Shown here: positions 43,637 to 56,636 of the stretch, piece by piece
How positions within the stretch are numbered: the stretch's first letter is position 1
Layout of the letters: each line of letters starts with the position of its first letter
Assembly (NCBI GenBank): GCA_951406725.2
Contig: OX597815.1
Location: 186,124,001-186,188,000, forward strand
Direction: 5' to 3'
DNA: 64,000 nt
DNA from: Octopus vulgaris
Taxonomy: Eukaryota
Position numbers and translations under genes: made by a program
The notes under the pieces: generated by a model
The model's input: the letters and a program-made list of their open reading frames with translations, nothing else
Database searches by the model: none
Told to the model about the DNA's origin: nothing

Positions 43637-44235
43637 GGGCGGCGAGCTGGTAGAAACGTTAGCACGCCGGGCGAGAAGCTCAGCGTTATTTCGTCTGCCG
43701 TTACGTTGTGAGTTCAAATTCCGCCGAGGTCGACTTTGCCTTTCATCCTTTCGTGGTCGATTAAATAAGTACCAGCTACGCACTGGGGTCGATGTGATCT
43801 ACTTAATCTGTTTATCTGTCCGTGTTTGTCACCTATGTGTTTAGCTCCTTGTGGGTAGTAAAGAAATAGGTATTTCGTCTGCCGCTACGTTCTGAGTTCA
43901 AATTCCGCCGAGGTCGACTTTGCCTTTCATCCTTTCGTGGTCGATTAAATAAGAACCAGCTACGCACTGGGGTCGATGTGATCGACTTAATCTGTTTGTC
44001 TGTCCGTGTTTGTCACCTATGTGTTTAGCTCCTTGTGGGTAGTAAAGAAATAGGTATTTCGTCTGCCGCTACGTTCTGAGTTCAAATTCCGCCGAGGTCG
44101 ACTATGCCTTTCATCCTTTCGGGATCGATTAAATAAGTACCAGTTACGCACTGGGGTCGATGTAAGCAACTTAGTCTCTTTGTCTGCCCTTGTTTGTCCC
44201 CTCTGTGTTTAGCTCCCTGTGGGCAATAAAGAAAC
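43637..44235 (+). mobile_element. SINE family A trimer (184-bp tandem modules)
   Basis: Head, then modules joined by AAAGAAATAGGTATTTCGTCTGCC at 43869 and 44053. Confidence 0.9.
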
Positions 44236-44417
44236 AGATATTTAATTTTGATAGTAAACGGGGAAAAAGAAATGTACGGAAGACTAGGGAAGAAGGTTTT
44301 TCCATAAAATATATCCAGATGATATCCTACACATATGTCCCCCATGTTGTTTTTGTTTTGTGTTTTTTATTTTACTTTTTATTAATTATGTATATATATA
44401 CGTGTGTGTGTGTGTTT

Positions 44418-44598
44418 TCACTTGTTTCAGTCATTTGACTGCGCCCATGGTGGAGGACCGCTTTTAGTCGCACAAATCGACTCCACAACAAATTCTTTGT
44501 AAGCCTAGTATTTATTTTATCGGCTCTTTTGACGAACTGCGACGTAAACACACCAACATCGGTTATCAAGCGATAGTGGGATAAACACATAGCCACAA

Positions 44599-44636
<38 letters not shown>

Positions 44637-44722
44637 TTGAGAATTTAGAAAAAAACAAAAGATGAAAAAGGTGTGTATACAACAAACAGATGTATTAGTT
44701 TAACGTCTTTTACACACACAAG

Positions 44723-44804
<82 letters not shown>

Positions 44805-44910
44805 ACGGGCTTCTTTCAGTTTGCGTCTACCAAATCCATTCATGAGACCTTGGTCGGCCAGAGGCTATAGCAGAGTCCACTCGACCAAGTTGCCACGCAG
44901 TGGGACTGAA
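44418..44910 (-). mobile_element. SINE family B with a short nested insert (44636-44706)
   Basis: Tail at 44418-44600 and head at 44800-44910. The insert matches part of 57596-57660. Confidence 0.75.
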
Positions 44911-46780
44911 AAGGTCAGAGCGTGTGTGATTTCATCATACTTCAAAAATTCTAGATCGTTCAATATCACATGATTACTCATAATGAGGATCGTGCTCAAG
45001 AATCTCGAAGCTACAATCGGGTTCTTCAGATGGTTTACAATATTAGTTGTATATAAAAAATTACCAATAATCAACAACACGGAATCTATGATAGTAAGAT
45101 AGTAATAAAAGCTGCAGCTTATTATAGCGCACGTTACGAGGTATCGAGAGTTGACTGTCAGCCAAGTAATCCTTTGAGAACCGACTCTTAGAATGAGAAA
45201 CTGGAGAAACTTTCAAAACCATGGACCCAAGTATAGAAGAGGTGTGTCGTGTCAGCTGTTAAACCTCTGATATTGATCAAGAAACGAGGCTTGTGGTTCA
45301 CCTCTCATTGTTTTTAAACTTAGTGGAACTTTTATTTATGAGGTAAGGATAGTGAGTTATTCTTCACTAAGAAGCTGTTTCCCGTATTGTAACACAGTAG
45401 AAGCAGGAGGTGCCTTCTTTCGTTAAGGACATTTAGTGAATGCCTGAAAAGATATGATTTCCATGGAATGCTGTAAATATTTGGTGGTTCATTTTGGTAT
45501 CTATTTATAAGCTGAACTTGTAATACTATTCTTTTGGAATATGAATAGCAATAGTTAAAAACACGATTATTACTGTAAAATTTTAAACAGCATTATGATG
45601 CTTTAATGCGCCAAGAAAATCATTTTATTTGTAAAAGAAACTGAAATATAGGGAAATAACTCGTGTAATCGTGGGTCATTAAATTACTAATTAACTTGGT
45701 ATAAATAAATAGGCAAAATATTTATAAACTGAAATTTTAATTCAAGTTGAAGAAAGAAAATAAACATTTGCACGTATTCTCATCACGTTTAACTAGATGG
45801 TAGATACGAAATAACTTCAATCTTCAATTCATTAAAAGGTAATTTAGATAAAAATAATGATTTCTTTAAAAATAGTTATTCTTATACTTGAGGGAAAATC
45901 GCATAGAATTAGCAGTGAAGGTGAGAGCAAAGGGCAAGTTTCGATCAAAATGGAGTTGGTTTGAAAAGCAAAAACAACACGTACCTATTTGCTCAATACA
46001 TTTAGGTTTTTGACATAGAAAAATTTTGAGCGAAGAGTAATTTGCGTACGACAAAAAGCAAATAAGTATTAAGGGAAAAAAAACCCTACATATCCCAGTG
46101 GTATGAATCAAATATAAACACGTACGCTATGAAATTGTCTTCGTAGGAGAAAGAAAACAATCACCGAATCACAAGGAAAAGGGGAGATAATTTCGATAAA
46201 TTAGGAATCATATAAAACTATTTCAAATCCCAGAGGAGAAATCTTGACCTTTCCACGTTAACAGAAAGAATTTATTTGGTTCTACATAACAACCAGAAAT
46301 ATTTTTTGAAAGAAGAATTATTCCTGCGAAAACATACATTCTGATATTGAATGTAATAAGGCTTCCTAATGTTAGCTAAACTTTGCAATCTATGTGTGAG
46401 GTGTTTAAGAATTTACAGTTAAGAAGGAAGCCAGTTAAAATGAGATTAGACTTCCTTAATGCGAGAGCAGATCTCCTCTTTAAATCTACTGAGGTTTTGC
46501 AATATTGACGTCAAACGCATGGCAACATACAAAGATTTCATTGGAAAGTGACTCTCTCAATTTTTCCTCACACATAGTTCAATATACATTCATATACACT
46601 GCACATAAACGCAGACACCAGACATACAGACAAACACATACAGCGATACATACATACATACATACATACATACATACATACATACATACATACATGCAAG
46701 CATACAGTCATACATACATACATATCACGCAATTATAAAAACTCGTCGAAAAAATCATAGCCTCCAGCCTATGTATATAC

Positions 46781-46827
<47 letters not shown>

Positions 46828-47119
46828 TATATATATATATATATATATATACATATATATATGTATGTGTATGTGTATGAGTAGTGTATGTGAGTAGTGT
46901 GTGGTGTGGTGTGTGTTTGTGTGTGTATGTACATATTATATTCTTTAATGTACATTGTACTAAAATGTGAGCTGCTAATAGTTTCTTGACGTTGAGACAC
47001 GTGGTTAGGCAGATTTTTTGTGTCTCCAAGCAACGTTGATGATATCAATCTAGAAGTTGTGTATCTCTCACTGGATGGAGTTCAATTCTTGTTGATCTAC
47101 ACGTATATGTCTATTCACG

Positions 47120-47196
<77 letters not shown>

Positions 47197-47611
47197 CCAC
47201 ATACATACACATACCCATACATGAACATATAAATGCATAGATGCACAAATACTTATGAATATTCAACGAAGTACATGCACTCAAATAAATACAATATTAC
47301 ACACGCATCCATTAGTGCATATCCAAACATATAAAAATTTATGTATCTCAATTATGTCTGTGTATTCCTATCTCTATATGCCATCTAAATCGATGCAGTA
47401 TCTCTGTTTTCCAGTTTATCTCCATTTGCATCTATTACTCTATATTTTTTATACATGAATAATGTAACTGAGCCAACACCGCGAAATCACAGTCAGCTAT
47501 TTCCCTCTTAAACAAAAACAATCTATTCTAGGCCCCTCCACAATATATATATATATATATATGCTTCATTCTTCTTCTCCATACAAGCACAAACAGACAG
47601 ACACATACATA

Positions 47612-48160
47612 TAAGGCTCGAAATTTTTGGGGAGGGGGTCAGTCGATTATATCGACCCCAGTACGCAAGTGGTACTTAATTTATCGAACCCGAAAGGATG
47701 AAAGGCAAAGTCAACCTCGGCTGAATTTGAACTCAGAACTTAAAGACGGGTGAAATACCGCTAAGCATTTCGCCCGGCCTACTAACCTTTCTTATTTTTT
47801 ATTGCCCTCAAGGGGCTAAACATAGACAAGATAAACAAGGACAGACAAACGGATTAAGTCGATTATATCGACCCCAGTACGCAAGTGGTACTTAATTTAT
47901 CGACCCCGAAAGGATGAAAGGCAAAGTCGACCTCGGCAGAATTTGAACACAGAACGTAAAGACAGACGAAATACCTATTTCTTTACTACCCACAAGGGGC
48001 TAAACACAAAGAGGACAAACAAGGCCAGACAAATGGATTAAATCGATTATATCGACCCTCCAGTGCGTAACTGATACTTATTTAATCGACCCTGAAATGA
48101 TAAAAGGCAAAGTCGACCTCGGCGGAATATGAACTCAGAAATACTGTTAAGCGTTTCACG
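47612..48160 (-). mobile_element. SINE family A multimer
   Basis: Three central modules. Confidence 0.85.
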
Positions 48161-48586
48161 CTTTTATTAAACCACAATAATAACATATCGATGTGTATTC
48201 CTATCTTTATATGCCATCTAGATCGATTCTGTGTCTATTTTTGCCAGCCAGTTTATCGTTTATCTACTTTTCATATATCACTCTATATTGAGCATACGTG
48301 GATAATATAACTGAGCCAAAACTTCGAAGTCACTCGCAGGTATTTCTTTTTTTAACAAAAGTAGTAGTGATGCGCTGCTTGGATATATTTAAGGAACCTC
48401 TTTAATTTTTAATTGACCTTTCTGATAAATGTAGAGAAACAAAAGAACATCTATTACTGTATGGGTGTCTGCGAGTGTGTGTATGTTTTTGAGTATGTGC
48501 GTATGTCAATGTGTATAAATATATGTAAATGTACGAGGGGTCGGGTATTCACACACATTATCATATTCACATAGGGATAGAGAGAG

Positions 48587-48645
<59 letters not shown>

Positions 48646-48674
48646 TAGTCCGACAGAAACACAGACAGACAAAC

Positions 48675-48729
<55 letters not shown>

Positions 48730-51700
48730 GTGTTCACTTGGTGTCGGGAGAGAGACGTGACGCAGTTAGAGTCATGTAACTGAGCACTCCTTCACTTACA
48801 ACGATTAGAGTTCACAGTGATCCGATCAATAGAAAGAGCCTGCTCGTAAAATTAGCGGGCAAGTGGCTGATCACTCCATAAACATGCGTACCTTTAACGG
48901 AGTTCTCAAAGTGATTAAGCGTGACACAGAGTTTGACAAGGCTGGCCCCTTTTGAATTACTGGTACTACTCATTCTTGTCAGCTGACTGAACTGGAACAA
49001 TATAAACTTTTCTTTTCCCAACGGTTTGAGTGCCGGTCAAAATGGCCGCCCGTCAACAGACCAATTCACGAAACATTTCTTTAGAATATTCAGATCGGAA
49101 CTCAGCCCCTCGCCTCTCGTTACTTCCATTCCACAGGTCATTCAATACAACTCATTCCCGCGTTGTACTTTACATAAGACACACTGGGTCTGCGAACTTC
49201 AGATTTTGTAAAGGGCAGCGTTAAAATTTTTTTCTCTGGAATCTCACACCCACTTTCGGCCTTAATCCACCACTCATCATTTAACTCACAAAATATTCTA
49301 CACATCAGCCTCAGCACCTCATACAGTTCCACGCATGTACACATACATGCAATACAGTTCCACGCATGTACACATACATAACATACTAACACACATTTGC
49401 CTACGCGAACATTCGTATATGTTTAGTTTATCATCTTCTAATTTTTTTCTCGTTTTTCTTCCTCTCTTTACATTCTGCATCGTATTCCGAGAGATAATAT
49501 CTGAAACATCGTAACGATTGAATGTTTTCAATCCTCTCAGTGCCAAGCTCATAATTCTGATCTTCCCACCAAGTTATTTTCTGAATGTTCTCTCTCTCTC
49601 TCACACACACAGACACATACACGCGTATAAGCATGCATACTTATTATTTTCTCTGTGTGTGTGTCTGTGTGCGTGCGTTGATAGTGTGTATATGTACAAT
49701 TGTGTGGGGACCGTTGCGTGCGTTGTTTTGCCCTAATGTACGGAAGCCCAGTGAAGAGACTCTATATGTAATTTAAAGAATCTATCTCATCACACACACA
49801 CACACACATTCCGTCACGTTAATTCCGTGTCGCAGAATAATCTCAAAGTTATACCGTTTTCTAGAATACTCAAGCATTTCTAGTTATATGAATTCAATGA
49901 CTAACTAGTTATGGACATGGACCAATTGAATAACCGTCCCCAAAACTGAGAGAGTTTTCATAATATACGTCTTTTACACAAAACTTAAAAGTTTAGAAAG
50001 TCGACGCAGTTTCCAAACTTACAATACCGAATTTCGTGGTTGGAGGGATCCGCTATCAATTATGCCTTACCCATCGAATGGCATCTATTCTATCTGTTGA
50101 TTTCTAAATGCAATTAGAACTTAATTTGACTTTATTCCTCACCATGCAGCCTTAGCTTGTGGAATGCGCTTACAATGAAATGAAACCACACAAATACAGC
50201 TGCGCTACGTTCCTAGTGGTCCATCTTCCCCGCCCTTCCAATCTTAGGACAAATGGTGCTATGAATAAGCTTATAAGCTATGACCAATTCGCGTTTGGGA
50301 GATATTTTTTATCTGCTTTGGGTTTCTAAGGAAAATTAGTGCTCAAGGGTAAAGTAGTGTTTAAGGGCAATGTCATATGGCGGTGAGACTATCGACGTAG
50401 TCTTCTATATTCAAAGAAGTGCCTATTTCTCTCACTTCGAGATTCATGTTATCGTTGCGCATTTAGTTTTCTGGTAAGACTTATTAATGTTGATCATAAA
50501 GAGCTTCCTATGTGTCGTGGGACCAGGTTCATATATAGTTTTTTGTCTGGATTGCATGAGTATGTAAGTTAAGGCCTTATTAAAAGGGTGCCGGCCATAT
50601 ATTTGTTCCAAGTATTTTGGAAGTGATTGGTACAACGCCGAACTTTTACCTTTTAATCATGGTAAAGAGATTGATTTTAAACTCCCGAAGGCCTTTTATC
50701 TGTAGATGTTTCTTCCCTGGATTTATCGGTATTTGCCTGTAGGTGTTCCAGTAATACCGTTATCGAAGAAATAGGTTTTCCAGCTAATTCGCATAATTAT
50801 GCTTTTCGTTTTAACCATCAGGATTGTGATATAAAGTTGCCATGAATGAGTTCAAGGAAAAGCTGAAATAAGACGCAATGTAATTTAGTTTAATCCTCCA
50901 TCATACTGACGGAATTTAGACGTCACTCTAAATTTTGTAAGAAATTTACAAACGTTTGTATGGTATATATTTCTGATTACACCCAAATATCACAAAGTCT
51001 TCACAACACGCAAGGTTGATGTCTGCTATAATAGTCTTGACAACAGCGCAACGAGCATTGCATGCCACAACCAAAATAACACACGACTGCAGAGAAATAT
51101 CCAGTATGTCAAAGTAGAGCCACTCTACAATAAGAGACGATTCCATTTATGGATTCAAATCCATTGGATATTGAGTTACGCCCATGTCAGAATATTATTA
51201 ATTATACGGGACTTAACACCAACAATATGGGACGGTATAAGAAATATTTTAATTCGTTTTGTTCCACAGGCAAACCAACTGTCACTTCATTTCCCATTAT
51301 ATTTGGGAGCATAAAAACCAATAATTTGAACATTGTCGATAGAACCTCTTCATACACCGTTGAATTGCATAAACTTCAGTCTCTTCATTGCTTAGTGACT
51401 AAATATCCTAAAACACATTGGGTTATTCCCTTAAGAAGAAATTCAATAAAATTCGATGTGAGGCCAGAGATAAAAATTTCTCTTGGATACGTTTCAACGC
51501 CAACTCGGAAGTTCGAAGTGCTGTTACGAAATTTTATGTAAACCGATTTCTTTCCTCTCAATTGTAACAATGCGCGATACCTTATAAGTATACAAAGCAT
51601 ACATTTACATATATACATACATACACACATACACACACACACACACATATATATATACATATATATACGTACATATGTATACACATATATACATGCATAT

Positions 51701-51733
<33 letters not shown>

Positions 51734-53144
51734 CATACATATATACATATATATATATATACATACATACATGCATATATATACACATATACATATATAC
51801 ATACAAAAATTTATATATATATATATATATATATATGTTTGTTGCTGCGTTCAAGTTTAACCCTCGATTTTCTTAGACTTATAGCTATTAACCTGTATAT
51901 ATTCACATACTTAAACAGAAATCCCCGCAAAAGATCTCTGTATTATATAAATACATATAGATACTCCAACAATCTGGTTAACGTCTTCTATCATTTTGCC
52001 ACACCTAACTTTCATGCACACATCATAGACAATAAACCATGTACCTCCCACCGATTATCAACAGTTATGCCTTGTTTTATCCCTATCAGAATTTAATTAA
52101 CGTCTCCTAATAAAGTATACCCCATAATAGGATTTTCTCACTAAAAAATACTTACAAATACTAAACTCAAACACATTTTTCACGCATGCGCATATTCGCA
52201 TTACGCACACCTACACAAACGTTGTCACCAACATACATTTACCACTTTTTAAGTATTATTTTTACTTCGTCAGTTACCACTTATCTTTCGACCATACAGT
52301 ATAAATGTTTCCATACGTTGAACTGATGACCTGTTATTAAATATAAATATATTTCATATTTCTAAGTTTTCTGTAGAGAATATACTGCAAGAATTCTAAT
52401 ACAAACAAAAAATTATCAAATATAATAGTCTGCTCGAAATAAATTGGAGCATAATTCCTTATCTTTCAAATCCTATATTTACATCAATATTTCATACTGA
52501 GATACATATTTACCTTTCACGTGTTTGTGAACTTTCTATTAACATTCCCACAACGTCTGAAGACGAGTCCTTCTTGTTTAGTTATGTATCTTATAGTTTT
52601 CTAAGATGATTTTCTATTTCCAGTGTTATCAAAGAAATCTGAACAAATATCCACGAGCATCACTCTTCACATTTAAACTGCAATAAGTGTATATATTTTA
52701 CATTTTCTTCGCTATAAAAATGTCCCCATTCAAAAATCATAAATTAGGTTTGATGATAGTAAATTAGATTTCAGAAATAGATTTGGTGTAATGGGGAAAC
52801 TACTTGAGTAAATTGAATGAAAGTTGGAATTAACTTATGAAATATATCTCCAAAAACTATTTCCAGAATGAAATACAATAATAATATCGTTTTAAATTTC
52901 AAATTCCAATTTCAAATAAAAAGGCCTTCCGGACATATGAAAAAACATATTTATGTCATTAGCTTTGTACAAAAACGGTTTTACTTATCCGTATTCAATT
53001 ACGGCATGTAAGACATACAAAGTAGAAGGAATCCAAACAATAAGCCCTACATTATACACACACACACACACGCATACATGTGTATACATATATATGTCAA
53101 ATTGGTGTAGACGCCTTCGATGAATGTATATCTATCTATCTATC

Positions 53145-53176
<32 letters not shown>

Positions 53177-53397
53177 TGTATGTATGTATGTATGTATGTA
53201 TGTATGTATGTATAAATATATGGACCAAAACAGTTTGATTCAAATACGTTGGTATTCTTGAATGCTGTTAGTGAGATCGAAACATGTGTCGAACAATTAT
53301 TAGGAATACTGGAAATAAACGTAAATTTGGAATTACAAATGGCTGACGACTAGTAACACGTTTGAAACACAATACTACTAACGAATTTGAAACAAGA

Positions 53398-53792
53398 ATG
53401 GTTGTGTGGTAAGTAGCTTGTTTACCAACCACATGGTTCCGGGTTCAGTCCCACTGCGTGGCATCTTGAGTAAGTGTCTTCTGCTATAGCCCCGGGCCGA
53501 CCAAAGCCTTGTAAGTGGATTTGGTAGACGGAAACTGAAAGAAGCCTGTCGTATATATGTATATATATGTGTGTATGTGTGTGTTTGTGTGTCTGTATTT
53601 GTCCCCCTAGCATTGCTTGACAACCGATGCTGGTGTGTTTACGTCCCCGTCACTTAGCGGTTCGGCAAAAGAGACCGATAGAATAAGTACTAGGCTTACA
53701 AAGAATAAGTCCCGGGGTCGATTTGCTCGACTAAAGGCGGTGCTCCAGCATGGCCACAGTCAAATGACTGAAACAAGTAAAAGAGTAAAAGA

Positions 53793-53793
<1 letters not shown>
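53398..53793 (+). mobile_element. SINE family B copy
   Basis: Near-consensus full copy. Confidence 0.9.
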
Positions 53794-53828
<35 letters not shown>

Positions 53829-54059
53829 TAAGAGGAGGGATATAATACCCAGACAGATATCGAATTTCTCTGAATAAAAGGCCAAGGCTGGTCCCTTCAA
53901 ATGTTGCGTTTTGTAGAAAATTTCCTTTAACTCCCATCCAATATTACAGTATATTTCTTGGTTACTTGGTGTGTAAAGAACATTATTGATAGTAAGCAGA
54001 ATGAAGAATTTGAACATTCAAATTTATGCTTATTTCCAGTTAGTTTATTCATAATAATT

Positions 54060-54150
54060 GTCCGATACGTGTTTCGATCGCACTAACTGCATATCATTGC
54101 AAATTTATATGCAGCGGTTTATGCCTTATTAGTGCAATCTCTTCAGGGCC
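54060..54150 (-). ncRNA. Type I hammerhead motif with long stem II
   Basis: GGCC-CUGAAGA-GAUUGCACUAA/UUAGUGCGAUC-GAAAC-ACGU-AUC-GGAC. Lies in a TA-bounded insert at 53827-54275. Confidence 0.7.
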
Positions 54151-54311
54151 TATAAATATTCCCTTCGAAATTGCCCTTAACTGTGGTTTGGTATTTTAAC
54201 TGTTTCTTCTAGCATTTAAGACGACCTGTTAAGAGTCACCTCTTTTGTGTTTAAATGTACACTAATTTTATATACATGTACGTACACACACACACACACA
54301 TATATATATGT

Positions 54312-54369
<58 letters not shown>

Positions 54370-54568
54370 AGTAATACTAAGTAATTAAGGGTTTAGCAAC
54401 GAATTGCCTCACCAACACACCGAATTTAGAAATAGCAGTCAAAGAGATATAGCTATTCCTTCTACTTAAAGGGGGATCTCAGCAAAAACACAGCACCCAA
54501 AAGGCAAACACAGACAGGTAAGAAAGAAAGAATGAAATGACGGCAATCCATCATGCAATTTTAAGTTA

Positions 54569-54660
54569 CCTACGGACGTACGTTTCGAGATCAAGTTTTA
54601 GGATATCATAAGAATTAGAAAATTCTACTTTACCCAGACTTCTTCTCTCATCGGCGCAGG
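54569..54660 (-). ncRNA. Hammerhead ribozyme motif, array copy 1 (inverted)
   Basis: Reverse complement of 55368-55459. Confidence 0.75.
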
Positions 54661-55367
54661 ATACTACAATTGTGAATAATTGTATATTAAATTTTGAGAT
54701 ACTAGAATGCGTCATCTCAACTCAGTGTCAGAGCGAGCCAAAGCATGACCAGTACCACGAAATTCAAAGTTTGAATGAAAGTTTGTGTCACCAGCCCCCT
54801 TCCACCCGCGTGTAGCCAAGACAAAATGCTGTGGTCATCTACTGGGATAAAATATGGTTATCAGTAATAATAAAAGGGTGAAATTAATTAATTAGGGATA
54901 ATTATCAATTACACCAAGTAGATTTCGGTATGTAAAAGCCCCATTCGAGGAAAATTTAAGTAATACTAAGTAATTAAGGGTTTAGCAACCTCTTGACTGC
55001 TATTTCAAACACGGAATTTAGAAATAGCAGTCAAAGAGGTTGCTAAACCCTTAATTACTTAGTATTACTTAAATTTTCCTCGAATGGGGCTTTTACATAC
55101 CGAAATCTACTTGGTGTAATTGATAATTATCCCTAATTAATTAATTTCACCCTTTTATTATTACTGATAACCATATTTTATCCCAGTAGATGACCACAGC
55201 ATTTTGTCTTGGCTACACGCGGGTGGAAGGGGGCTGGTGACACAAACTTTCATTCAAACTTTGAATTTCGTGGTACTGGTCATGCTTTGGCTCGCTCTGA
55301 CACTGAGTTGAGATGACGCATTCTAGTATCTCAAAATTTAATATACAATTATTCACAATTGTAGTAT

Positions 55368-55459
55368 CCTGCGCCGATGAGAGAAGAAGTCTGGGTAAAG
55401 TAGAATTTTCTAATTCTTATGATATCCTAAAACTTGATCTCGAAACGTACGTCCGTAGG
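55368..55459 (+). ncRNA. Hammerhead ribozyme motif, array copy 2
   Basis: CCUGCG-CCGAUGA-GAGA...UCUC-GAAAC-GUAC-GUC/CGUAGG. 6-bp stem I, extended stem II, palindromic ACGUACGU stem III. Predicted cut after 55453. Confidence 0.75.
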
Positions 55460-55956
55460 TAACTTAAAATTGCATGATGGATTGCCGTCATTTCATTCTT
55501 TCTTTCTTACCTGTCTGTGTTTGCCTTTTGGGTGCTGTGTTTTTGCTGAGATCCCCCTTTTAGTAGAAGGAATAGCTATATCTCTTTGACTGCTATTTCT
55601 AAATTCGGTGTGTTGGTGAGGCAATTCGTTGCTAAACCCTTAATTACTTAGTATTACTTAAATTTTCCTCGAATGGGGCTTTTACATACCGAAATCTACT
55701 TGGTGTAATTGATAATTATCCCTAATTAATTAATTTCACCCTTTTATTATTACTGATAACCATATTTTATCCCAGTAGATGACCACAGCATTTTGTCTTG
55801 GCTACACGCAGGTGGAAGGGGGCTGGTGACACAAACTTTCATTCAAACTTTGAATTTCGTGGTACTGGTCATGCTTTGGCTCGCTCTGACACTGAGTTGA
55901 GATGACGCATTCTAGTATCTCAAAATTTAATATACAATTATTCACAATTGTAATAT

Positions 55957-56048
55957 CCTGCGCCGATGAGAGAAGAAGTCTGGGTAAAGTAGAATTTTCT
56001 AATTCTTATGATATCCTAAAACTTGATCTCGAAACATACGTCCGTAGG
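55957..56048 (+). ncRNA. Hammerhead ribozyme motif, array copy 3
   Basis: As copy 2, but loop III is AUAC. Confidence 0.7.
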
Positions 56049-56544
56049 TAACTTAAAATTGCATGATGGATTGCCGTCATTTCATTCTTTCTTTCTTACC
56101 TGTCTGTGTTTGCCTTTTGGGTGCTGTGTTTTTGCTGAGATCCCCCTTTTAGTAGAAGGAATAGCTATATCTCTTTGACTGCTATTTCTAAATTCGGTGT
56201 GTTGGTGAGGCAATTCGTTGCTAAACCCTTAATTACTTAGTATTACTTAAATTTTCCTCGAATGGGGCTTTTACATACCGAAATCTACTTGGTGTAATTG
56301 ATAATTATCCCTAATTAATTAATTTCACCCTTTTATTATTACTGATAACCATATTTTATCCCAGTAGATGACCACAGCATTTTGTCTTGGCTACACGCGG
56401 GTGGAAGGGGCTGGTGACACAAACTTTCATTCAAACTTTGAATTTCGTGGTACTGGTCATGCTTTGGCTCGCTCTGACACTGAGTTGAGATGACGCATTC
56501 TAGTATCTCAAAATTTAATATACAATTATTCACAATTGTAGTAT

Positions 56545-56636
56545 CCTGCGCCGATGAGAGAAGAAGTCTGGGTAAAGTAGAATTTTCTAATTCTTATGAT
56601 ATCCTAAAACTTGATCTCGAAACGTACGTCCGTAGG
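56545..56636 (+). ncRNA. Hammerhead ribozyme motif, array copy 4
   Basis: Identical to copy 2 over the motif. Confidence 0.75.

Noticed and set aside
49900-51560. Possible highly decayed Tc1/mariner relics (also 34290-35100 and 36780-37260)
   Set aside because: Only faint motif echoes and no TIRs found. Needs a profile search.
52550-52660. Hammerhead at CTGAAGA with UUGUUUAG/CUGAACAA pairing
   Set aside because: No GAAA half follows the stem. At most a dead relic.
56339-56533. 64-aa ORF inside the 589-bp unit
   Set aside because: No recognisable motif. Its listed frame depends on a 1-bp deletion found only in this copy.
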